The translations under genes were made by a program, and so were the position numbers. Below are positions 57,074 to 64,000 of a stretch of 64,000 nucleotides of DNA, piece after piece. The notes below the pieces were generated by a model, which was given only the letters and a program-made list of their open reading frames with translations, was not told the DNA's origin and did no database searches. Source of the stretch: Silvibacterium sp. (lineage in GTDB: Bacteria; Acidobacteriota; Terriglobia; Terriglobales; Acidobacteriaceae); the NCBI RefSeq assembly GCF_047605705.1, contig NZ_JASGFD010000025.1:1168-65167 (forward strand). Direction: 5' to 3'. Position 1 is the first letter of the stretch, and each line of letters opens with the position of its first letter.

Positions 57074-57102
57074 CGAAAAAAACGCGAACCGCAGCAGAGG
57101 CG

Positions 57103-57147
57103 CTGTCATTCCGACTGGAGCGAAGCGCAATGAAGGGACCTGCTGTT
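57103..57147. repeat. R3 dispersed repeat copy
   Basis: ctgtcattccgactggagcgaagcgcaatgaagggacctgctgtt. Matches 27055-27113 (ctgtcattccgaccgaagcgaagc..ggaacctgcagtt), which carries about 14 extra internal nt. Confidence 0.7.
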
Positions 57148-57157
57148 GATTCTTCAC

Positions 57158-57193
57158 AAAGGCCCACATCTCAACGTCGAGATGTGGGCCTTT
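57158..57193. repeat. R2 palindromic element / bidirectional terminator-like hairpin
   Basis: 15-bp perfect stem aaaggcccacatctc / gagatgtgggccttt with loop aacgtc, between convergent genes. The core is identical to 10063-10091. Confidence 0.8.
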
Positions 57194-57219
57194 CTATACC
57201 AAGAGGACTGAGTCGCCCG

Positions 57220-58569
57220 TTACGCCTTCGTCCGGTACGCCACAACCGACCAGCTCGGGACATTGCCGCCGAGATTGCGGCCAACCAGCAGCAGCTCGAA
57301 GTGCGGAATCGAGCCGTCAGGCCGCACGATGGTTCGCAGGAACTGCTCAAGCGTCCTGGCATTGAGCAGGAAGTCGGCAGCCGCCTGCGTTCCGGCGCTC
57401 GTGGTGCCGGAGACCAGCAGCGTGTCTCCCTGATGGTCGAGGCTCGGCTGGAAGGCGATCAGTCCGTAGGCCGAGCTCTGCGGCCCTCCGAGGCTTTCCG
57501 CGTAGGTGGCAGATTCGCCCGGATGCGGAGCCTTGTTCACGACCGTGTTCTGCCGCGTGCTCCAGTTGTAGTCGACGGCGAAGTTCATCTCCGGGGCGAA
57601 GAGCTCGACCCATGGGTTTGCACGCGCGCCTCCGATCAGGATGAGGTTGTCTTCCTTGGCGTCGCTCATGCTCAGCTCGCGCGCATATCGCACCTGCACC
57701 TGTCCATGCGAGATCTCCGGCACCGTCATCAGGCGCGCAACCAGGTTCAGGTCGGCCATGCTCGTGTATTGCGAGCTCTCAAGGTCACCCGGCTGGATCG
57801 TCGTAATCGACTTCGGCAGGTCGAGCGAGCGCAGGTCATCGTGGTTCAGGTAATGGCCCAGCGTGACCGGCTTCGCGGTGAGCTCCTCGATCAGGATCAG
57901 CGTGCTGTCCGCCGGAACGATCACTGCCCGCCGCGTCGGGTCGAAGAGCCGCCCCCAGAAGCGGGCTTCGAGGTCGCGAGGCTGCTCGTGATGGCGGGCC
58001 GTTTGCCACAGATACAGAGATCCGGCTCCGGCGATCAGCAGAAGGACAGCGGCAACCAGCCACCATACAGGCCGGCGCAGACCGACGGCCTTCTCCGGCG
58101 CAAAAGCCGGTGGAGGCAACGGCGTGGGCGCAGGGATCTCCGGCACGGCAATGGCGGGAAGAGCAACCAACGGCTGCGTAGCGGCAGGAACCGGCTCAGG
58201 CTCGACCGCATTCGCCTCGAAAAACGGCACGTAACTGCCCTTGGGGATATCGATGCGCAGCAGCGCATTGCGCCCTGCGACCCGGAAATATTCTTCGAGC
58301 CGCTGGCGCAGCAGACGCGCCTGCGAACGCACGATGCTGTCGTCGCCGGGGTTGTAACCGGGCGCACGGCCAAAGACGTGGATACCGATCTGCTGCTCGT
58401 TGATCTCGAGCCTGCGGCCGGAAAGCTCAAGCTCGCAGATGAAGAGCAGGAAGGAGCGCAGCCGGGGAGAGCGCTCGAAGGCAGGCGAGTTCGCGACCTC
58501 GAGGGTAAGCTGCCACCTGGGATCTGACTTGGGATCGGATTTGAGATCGGACTCCGGACCAGTACTCAT
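57220..58569 (-). CDS. single-pass membrane protein with an N-terminal cytoplasmic regulator-like domain
   Basis: 449 aa. N-terminus FERSPRLRSFLLFICELELSGRRLEINEQQIGIHVFGRAPGYNPGDDSIVRSQARLLRQRLEEYF. I remember this motif as an N-terminal module of uncharacterised signalling proteins. TM helix VWWLVAAVLLLIAGAGSLYLW. About 260-aa external domain. Confidence 0.7.
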   Translation of the reverse strand: MSTGPESDLKSDPKSDPRWQLTLEVANSPAFERSPRLRSFLLFICELELSGRRLEINEQQIGIHVFGRAPGYNPGDDSIVRSQARLLRQRLEEYFRVAGRNALLRIDIPKGSYVPFFEANAVEPEPVPAATQPLVALPAIAVPEIPAPTPLPPPAFAPEKAVGLRRPVWWLVAAVLLLIAGAGSLYLWQTARHHEQPRDLEARFWGRLFDPTRRAVIVPADSTLILIEELTAKPVTLGHYLNHDDLRSLDLPKSITTIQPGDLESSQYTSMADLNLVARLMTVPEISHGQVQVRYARELSMSDAKEDNLILIGGARANPWVELFAPEMNFAVDYNWSTRQNTVVNKAPHPGESATYAESLGGPQSSAYGLIAFQPSLDHQGDTLLVSGTTSAGTQAAADFLLNARTLEQFLRTIVRPDGSIPHFELLLVGRNLGGNVPSWSVVAYRTKA

Positions 58570-58710
58570 CGCGCTCCATCAAGGCAGGAGCATACGCAAC
58601 CGGGCGGCAAAGAAGCCGGCTCGCTTGACTTGCACTGCGGCGGACAAGGGATCATTGCTCTCCACGCTAGCAGCGCCGGTGACGATGAGCAAGTGGCGCC
58701 AAAACAGGTG

Positions 58711-58775
58711 TTTCACTGTGAAATGCACAGGCCCACCAGGCGCAAAGCTGTGGGGCCGTGATTATCACAGTGAAA
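58711..58775. promoter_or_regulatory. two copies of the palindrome TCAC-N-GTGAAA in a divergent promoter region
   Basis: tttcacTgtgaaa (58711-58723) and atcacAgtgaaa (58764-58775), 53 bp apart. Confidence 0.35.
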
Positions 58776-58900
58776 AGACCTTACCCCGCGCCCACCGCGA
58801 TGCGACTCTCGAGCTGAGCCGGCGAGTTTCCGACCGGCCTGCAGCCGAATTCCTTGACTGGTGAAGCGATTTGCGAAGGTTCGCGTTATGGGCGCCGCAG

Positions 58901-61309
58901 ATGAGCCGGCGTACCGCTGTTTGCCTCGTTATGCTGCCAAGCTGGGCCATGGTGGCCCACGCGCAGATGGTGTCGCCGGAGATCGACCGTCCCGGCCAGC
59001 CTTTTTCCTACTTCAGCAAGCCGGTCGACGTGATCGGGGTGATGAATGCTCCCTCCGGCACCGAGATTTCTCCGGAAGGCTTTCTCTACACCGGCTACGG
59101 CGAGCTGATGTTCTTCACCGGGCCGGAACAGACTCCGCTCGACGAGCGCCTGCGCACCCTCAAGGACGGCTACGTGCCGATCATCGAGGGCACGGTCCAG
59201 CAGCTCGGCATCGACTACACCTTCACCTCGTTGGCCTCCGAGGTTCCAGTGCAGAGCACGGTCGATCCCGACCATGCACCGGGGCAGGTGATCAATTTTG
59301 TGCGCGTCCGGTTACATAATCCCGGCACGATGCCACGCGCGGCCTTCCTGACCACGGCCATCCGCTACCAGGCCCCGCAGACCACCGCCGAGCCCCTGGC
59401 CGACAATCGCTTTCGCAGGCCGGCGACAGCCGAGCATGTCGGCGACTACCAGCAGCCCGGCGAGGCCTTCAATCCGAACTGGAGCTACCGCATCGGCGAC
59501 GGCGCATGCCAGCGCGAAGACCGGGTACTGTACTTCTACCCGCAGCAGCCCAAGCCGCAGCTGGCGCTCACGCTCAAGACACACTACAACCGCATCGGAC
59601 CTCTGGACTCGAGCAAGCTCACCAACAAGATCGAGCTGACGCCCACGACGCCCGCCTGCCGCGTGAGCTATACGGTGCCGCTGCAGCCGGGCGAGACCGT
59701 CACGCTCGACCTGCGCATGCCGCTGATCCCTGTAAAGCAGGATTCACCCGAAGCAAAGCAGTCGCTTGCGGCCAGCTACGAAGCGGCCTATCAGCACACC
59801 GTCGATTACTGGCACACGCTCATTGCGCGCGGCATGGGCATCGACATACCCGAGGCGAAGGCCGTCGACACCTTCCGCGCCAGCCTGATGTACGACCTGC
59901 TCTATCGCAACATCGTCGACGGGCAGTATGTACAGACAGCGAGCCAGTTCCAGTACCACCGCTTCTACCTGCGCGACTCGGCCGATTACGTGCGCATGTA
60001 CGACGCGACAGGCTACCCCGAGATCGGCTCGCAGGTCATCCGCTTCTTCCTCACGCGGCAGCAGCCGGACGGTAACTTCCTCTCGCAGCCGCAGCAGTAC
60101 GACGGCTGGGGCGAGGCGCTCTGGGCCTTCGGCGAGCACTTTCGCCGTACGCACGACATGGAGTTCGCGCGGCTGGTCTATCCCCACGTCGTAAAGGCGG
60201 TGGACTGGCTCCAGGCAGCACGCGCGAAAGACCCTCTCCACGTAATGCCCGCCAGCGATGTTCGCGACAACGAGTACGTCTCCGGACACCTCACCGGCTA
60301 TAACTTTCTCGCGCTCGATGGACTCCAGGGCGCGATCACGCTCGCACACGCGCTGGGCCATGAGGACGACGCCGCTCGCTTTCAGCGAGAGTACGACGAC
60401 TATCGCGCAACCTTCTTCGCGCTGCTCGACAAAGCTTCCAAGGAAGAAGGCGGCGTGCTTCCTCCGTCGCTCGATGCAGGCGAATGGAAGGGCACGGACT
60501 GGGGCAACCTGCTCTCGATCACGCCAGAACCGGTGCTCGATCCCTTCGACCCGCGCGTGACTGCGACGCTGCACAGCACGCAGGCGCGCTATCAGGAAGG
60601 CATCACCACCTATGCCGAACCCGACGACGGCATCTTCCTGCACCACTATCTCACCATCAAGAACACGCTGACAGAGCTGGTTCGCGGCGAAGATCATCAG
60701 GCCATCCGCGAGTTCTATGCCGAACTGCTGCACACCAGCTCCACGCAGGCCGGCTTCGAATACGCCATCCGCCCATGGGGCTCGCGCGACTTCGAAGGGA
60801 ACCTCTCGCCACACGGCTGGTTCGCCGCCGACTACCGCAACCTGCTGCGCAACATGATGGTGCGCGAGCAGGGCGACAGCCTGCACCTGCTCTCAGCCAT
60901 CTCGCCGGAATGGCTGGGCCCAGGCAAGCAGATTCATGTCACGCATGCGCCGACTTACTTCGGCTCGCTTGACTTCACCCTGCGCGAGACCGGCGCTGAC
61001 TCCGCAGAGCTGAACATCGCAAGCAATTTCACCCAGGCACCCAAAGAGATCGTGCTGCACGTGCCGTGGTTCAAACACCTCGAATCAGCAACCGTGAATG
61101 GCGTTGCGGTGAAAGCCGAAGCCGACGGCCTGCATCTGGCCGCAAATACGCGGCTGGTACAGCTCAAGTGGCAGACAGTCGGCGATCCGCACATGAGCTT
61201 CGAGCGCACGGTCGACTCCTGGAAGCAGGAATACCGGCGGCGCTGGGAGAGTTTTTTAAACGATGGACGGGAGTCCTCGTCACCGGACACCTGGCGGGTT
61301 CCTGAATAA
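58901..61309 (+). CDS. secreted putative (alpha/alpha)6 six-hairpin glycosidase-like protein
   Basis: Start set at ATG 58901 (MSRRTAVCLVMLPSWAMVAHAQ signal peptide). RFYLRDSADYVRMYDATGYPEIGSQVIRFFLTRQQPDGNFLSQPQQYDGWGEALWAFGEHF resembles GH15/GH63-like six-hairpin enzymes. Confidence 0.65.
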   Translation: MSRRTAVCLVMLPSWAMVAHAQMVSPEIDRPGQPFSYFSKPVDVIGVMNAPSGTEISPEGFLYTGYGELMFFTGPEQTPLDERLRTLKDGYVPIIEGTVQQLGIDYTFTSLASEVPVQSTVDPDHAPGQVINFVRVRLHNPGTMPRAAFLTTAIRYQAPQTTAEPLADNRFRRPATAEHVGDYQQPGEAFNPNWSYRIGDGACQREDRVLYFYPQQPKPQLALTLKTHYNRIGPLDSSKLTNKIELTPTTPACRVSYTVPLQPGETVTLDLRMPLIPVKQDSPEAKQSLAASYEAAYQHTVDYWHTLIARGMGIDIPEAKAVDTFRASLMYDLLYRNIVDGQYVQTASQFQYHRFYLRDSADYVRMYDATGYPEIGSQVIRFFLTRQQPDGNFLSQPQQYDGWGEALWAFGEHFRRTHDMEFARLVYPHVVKAVDWLQAARAKDPLHVMPASDVRDNEYVSGHLTGYNFLALDGLQGAITLAHALGHEDDAARFQREYDDYRATFFALLDKASKEEGGVLPPSLDAGEWKGTDWGNLLSITPEPVLDPFDPRVTATLHSTQARYQEGITTYAEPDDGIFLHHYLTIKNTLTELVRGEDHQAIREFYAELLHTSSTQAGFEYAIRPWGSRDFEGNLSPHGWFAADYRNLLRNMMVREQGDSLHLLSAISPEWLGPGKQIHVTHAPTYFGSLDFTLRETGADSAELNIASNFTQAPKEIVLHVPWFKHLESATVNGVAVKAEADGLHLAANTRLVQLKWQTVGDPHMSFERTVDSWKQEYRRRWESFLNDGRESSSPDTWRVPE

Positions 61310-61335
61310 CGTTCCCGCCCGCCACGTGTCCTTTT

Positions 61336-62454
61336 TTAAAGCTTCAGAAAGATGCGTCTCCGGTAGAGCACGGCAATCGGCACAAAACAGGCACCGACAA
61401 ACAGCACCGACCAGACCAGCGAACGGAATGGTCCGGGCGCAAGAAAGCCGGGCAGCAGCAGATAACTAAAACGTTGCGCGGTGCCCGCGTTGCCTGCCGG
61501 GATCGCTCCCAACACGATCGACAGCACCTCGGAGAGCACATACGCCGTCAGCGCATTGGACCCGAAGATGCGCCCCACCAGGGCCAACGGTTGAAGCCAT
61601 CGCCGCGCTCCTGTCTCTTCTCCATCAAAGAACAAAGCGCAGACAGCCAGCAGCAGCAGGGAGACGCCCGCGGTGACAAGCACGAACGAACTTGTCCAGA
61701 GCCGCTTGTTCAGCGGGAACGACTCACTCCATAGCAGCCCCAACACAAGCGAGATTGCGCCGGAAGCAGCGAGGCCGCCAAGCTTTCGCGTCTGCGCGAC
61801 AGAAGCACGCAGCCACGAAGCGGTGAGCACCCCGATGAGCACCGAGGCCAGCGCAGGCAGCGTGCTCAGCAGGCCTTCGGGATCGTAAAACGTGTGGTGA
61901 TAGCGATGCGCTACCGGGATCGCGATGCGATCGATCGCGCTCGCGAGATTGCAAGGCTGATTGGTGATGCCAGGCGTCACACCCTCGCCGCCGCACCCTG
62001 GAACCGGCACCCAGCTCATCAACGCCCAGTAGCCCGCGAGCAGAACGAGTGTCGAGATCGCAACTGTGCGCGTGCGGCCATAGAGTGCGATCAACGCCGC
62101 AAGCAGATAGCAGACGCCGATCCGTTGCATCACCCCGCAGAAACGCAGCGTGCTCAGGTGAAAGAACGGCAGCGCATTCAGAATCAGCCCGATCAAAACA
62201 ATCACAGCTGCGCGGCGTACGGCTTCAGCGACAATCTCGCCACGGCTGCGCCCCTTGCGCAGCCGTGACTCGAACGAGAGCGCCATCGAGATCCCCATGA
62301 TGAACAGAAACATGGGAAAGACGAGATCGGTCAGCGTGCAGCCATTCCATGCTGAGTGGCGCAGCTGCGCATACGACGCAGCGCCATCGCCCGCGTTATT
62401 GACCAGGATCATAAACGCGACGGTAAGGCCGCGCAGGATATCGAGCGAAACCAT
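61336..62454 (-). CDS. heparan-alpha-glucosaminide N-acetyltransferase-like membrane acyltransferase (DUF1624/DUF5009)
   Basis: MVSLDILRGLTVAFMILVNNAGD.. plus about 10 TM helices. ATG 62454 preferred over the track start 62508, because a strong terminator ends at 62524, only 16 nt upstream of 62508. Confidence 0.7.
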   Translation of the reverse strand: MVSLDILRGLTVAFMILVNNAGDGAASYAQLRHSAWNGCTLTDLVFPMFLFIMGISMALSFESRLRKGRSRGEIVAEAVRRAAVIVLIGLILNALPFFHLSTLRFCGVMQRIGVCYLLAALIALYGRTRTVAISTLVLLAGYWALMSWVPVPGCGGEGVTPGITNQPCNLASAIDRIAIPVAHRYHHTFYDPEGLLSTLPALASVLIGVLTASWLRASVAQTRKLGGLAASGAISLVLGLLWSESFPLNKRLWTSSFVLVTAGVSLLLLAVCALFFDGEETGARRWLQPLALVGRIFGSNALTAYVLSEVLSIVLGAIPAGNAGTAQRFSYLLLPGFLAPGPFRSLVWSVLFVGACFVPIAVLYRRRIFLKL

Positions 62455-62523
62455 GCGTGCGGCGGGCTTCCCGGTATTTGCAACAACAGTCGTCACACAT
62501 TCACCCACAGAAGTTTGGCTTTC

Positions 62524-62560
62524 GAAAAAACGCCCTCCCGGAGTTTTCTCCGGAAGGGCG
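62524..62560 (-). terminator. rho-independent terminator after the TonB-dependent receptor
   Basis: Stem cgccctcccggag / ctccggaagggcg (1 mismatch), followed on the minus strand by TTTTTT. Confidence 0.8.
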
Positions 62561-62618
62561 AACTGGCCACTGCATTGTACGGTCCTGTCGTACGGCTGCC
62601 CTTGCAGGCCGCCGGCAA

Positions 62619-64000
62619 CTAGAACTCGACGCGAGCCCCGAACTGGATCGTACGGGGACCGACACTGGTGGTTGAGGTCGTCTGCCCGAAGGCAGAGTCA
62701 CCCAGGTTGACATCCGGAAGCGAGAAGGCCGAGGCCGTGTTGATGACGTTGTAAGCTTCAGCACGGAACTTGAAGATCGCGCTCTTGTAGATAGCGAAGT
62801 TCTTTTCGAGCGCCGTGTCCACGTCGTGGGTGATCGCGTAACGGACGCTGCCGATATAGCGGGGAGCATTGCCGATCGCGAGACTGTTACCACTGCTCGC
62901 ATAGCTGACCGCCGCGGTGTTGAAGTATCCGCCGGTGATGCTGCCCTTATGCTTGGCAAGGTCCTTCTCCGAGGTGATATTCGGACGGGCCACACCATAG
63001 TTGAAGTTGGTCAGCGAGCTGGTTTCGGTCAGGTGGATCGGCAGGCCGTCGTTGAAGCGCAGAATCGTGCTCCACTTCCAGCCGCCGATGGCGCCATCGA
63101 GCCAGCGGTTCATATCGCCGCCCCACTGCTTGCCACGGCCGAAGGGGAGATCCCAGTTCAGCGTGCCGGCAAAGGACTGCGGCATGTCGTGCGCAGAGAT
63201 GGAGCGGTCGAGTCTTGGGTTGAAGACATCGCGAACCGCATCCGAGACCTCCCAGCTGTTGTTCTCGGAGGTGTTGTCAATCGCCTTCGACCACTGGTAG
63301 GTGAAGAGGGCGCTGACGCCATAGGCCATCCGCTGGTTGTACTTTACGGAGAGCGCATTGAAGCTGGAGCTGGAACCCGGCGTATCCGGCAGCTGGTTTA
63401 CGCTGCTGAACTGCGGGTACTTCACCAGCGTCCGCCAATAGGGGATAGTCGAACCGTACAGAGAGCTGGTGGTGTCCGTGATCACATTCGCATACGGATT
63501 GGCCACTGTCTGGGTAAGTGCGGTGATGCCCTTGCTCAGCTGAGACGAGGGCAGCTGATCCAGGTTCTCAAAGACGCCACGGAGTAGCTGGCGGCCGAGG
63601 CTGCCGGCATAACCGACTTCGAGAACGCCGGCGCTGCTCAGCTGGTATTGCAGGTCGAGGCTGAAGTCCTGCACATACGGATTGTGGTGCTTGCGGAAGG
63701 TCGCATTCACGGCGTCACCGAGATCGGTGAGCGCGCCGAGGCTGCTGCCCGTGGGCTGCGTCAATCCATTCGGATAGGGGTTCGCAAGCAGGTTGGCAGG
63801 CGTCACACCGTCGCCGTTCTGCGTTGCCTCCCAGGTCGTGGTCGACGAGTAGCCATCGGAGCTGTCCTGCGCGTCGGAGCTGTAGGCGTAGGTGTTGGGG
63901 TTGTAGATGCCATAACCGGCGCGCGCTACCAGCTTGTCGGTGACCTTGAAGGCGAACGAGATGCGCGGATCGAAGTTCAGGTAGTTGGTATCCCACAGCC
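62619..64000 (-). CDS. TonB-dependent receptor, C-terminal barrel portion (N-terminus beyond the window end)
   Basis: I checked by hand that the frame stays open upstream of the track start (63806) to the window end (..LWDTNYLNFDPRISFAFKVTDKLVARAGYGIYNPNTYAYSS..). Ends ..TIQFGARVEF (terminal Phe). Paralogous in style to 38159-41596. Confidence 0.85.
   Translation of the reverse strand, partial: LWDTNYLNFDPRISFAFKVTDKLVARAGYGIYNPNTYAYSSDAQDSSDGYSSTTTWEATQNGDGVTPANLLANPYPNGLTQPTGSSLGALTDLGDAVNATFRKHHNPYVQDFSLDLQYQLSSAGVLEVGYAGSLGRQLLRGVFENLDQLPSSQLSKGITALTQTVANPYANVITDTTSSLYGSTIPYWRTLVKYPQFSSVNQLPDTPGSSSSFNALSVKYNQRMAYGVSALFTYQWSKAIDNTSENNSWEVSDAVRDVFNPRLDRSISAHDMPQSFAGTLNWDLPFGRGKQWGGDMNRWLDGAIGGWKWSTILRFNDGLPIHLTETSSLTNFNYGVARPNITSEKDLAKHKGSITGGYFNTAAVSYASSGNSLAIGNAPRYIGSVRYAITHDVDTALEKNFAIYKSAIFKFRAEAYNVINTASAFSLPDVNLGDSAFGQTTSTTSVGPRTIQFGARVEF

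Overview
High-GC chromosomal window; hand counts of sampled 60-nt lines are mostly 60-67% G+C. The gene content looks like Acidobacteriota (Terriglobia-like). That is an inference from CarboxypepD_reg-type TonB-dependent receptors without SusD partners, acidobacterial VWFA proteins, and CRTAC1/ASPIC-UnbV plus TPR genes. I call 44 protein-coding genes (2 truncated by the window edges), one questionable membrane ORF, one tRNA-Arg(CCG), about 10 hairpin terminators and four small dispersed repeat families. I saw no rRNA, CRISPR array, transposase or integrase. Housekeeping content: trpS, an M50 protease, trpD, sucCD, ndk, gcvT-gcvH-gcvPA-gcvPB, tatA, eutBC and a lone cobB/cbiA-like amidase. Envelope and transport content: an ATGA-coupled mdtA-mdtB-mdtC-OMF RND operon with a divergent CpxRA/BaeSR-like two-component system; a TonB-receptor/TPR/CRTAC1/GH30 operon with a divergent LacI regulator and four candidate operators; and two divergent VWFA paralogs. 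The most unusual locus is 14965-19948 (minus strand): an ECF sigma factor, then an Hx3Cx2C zinc-anti-sigma domain fused through one TM helix to TPR repeats and a C-terminal CHAT caspase-like protease, then a lower-GC 250-aa orphan protein. All three are joined by ATGA stop/start overlaps. I know of no characterised system with this layout. Other points worth a second look: a divergent Anbu proteasome-homologue/transglutaminase pair without its usual ATP-grasp partners; a 111-codon Ser/Thr-rich insertion in the MdtB-like pump; a G9 homopolymer that fuses a membrane ORF in frame to trpD; a 321-bp element bounded by 50-bp inverted repeats; and REP-like palindromes inside the gcvPA-gcvPB spacer. 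All function calls rest on my reading of the translations and remembered family motifs. No database search was run.
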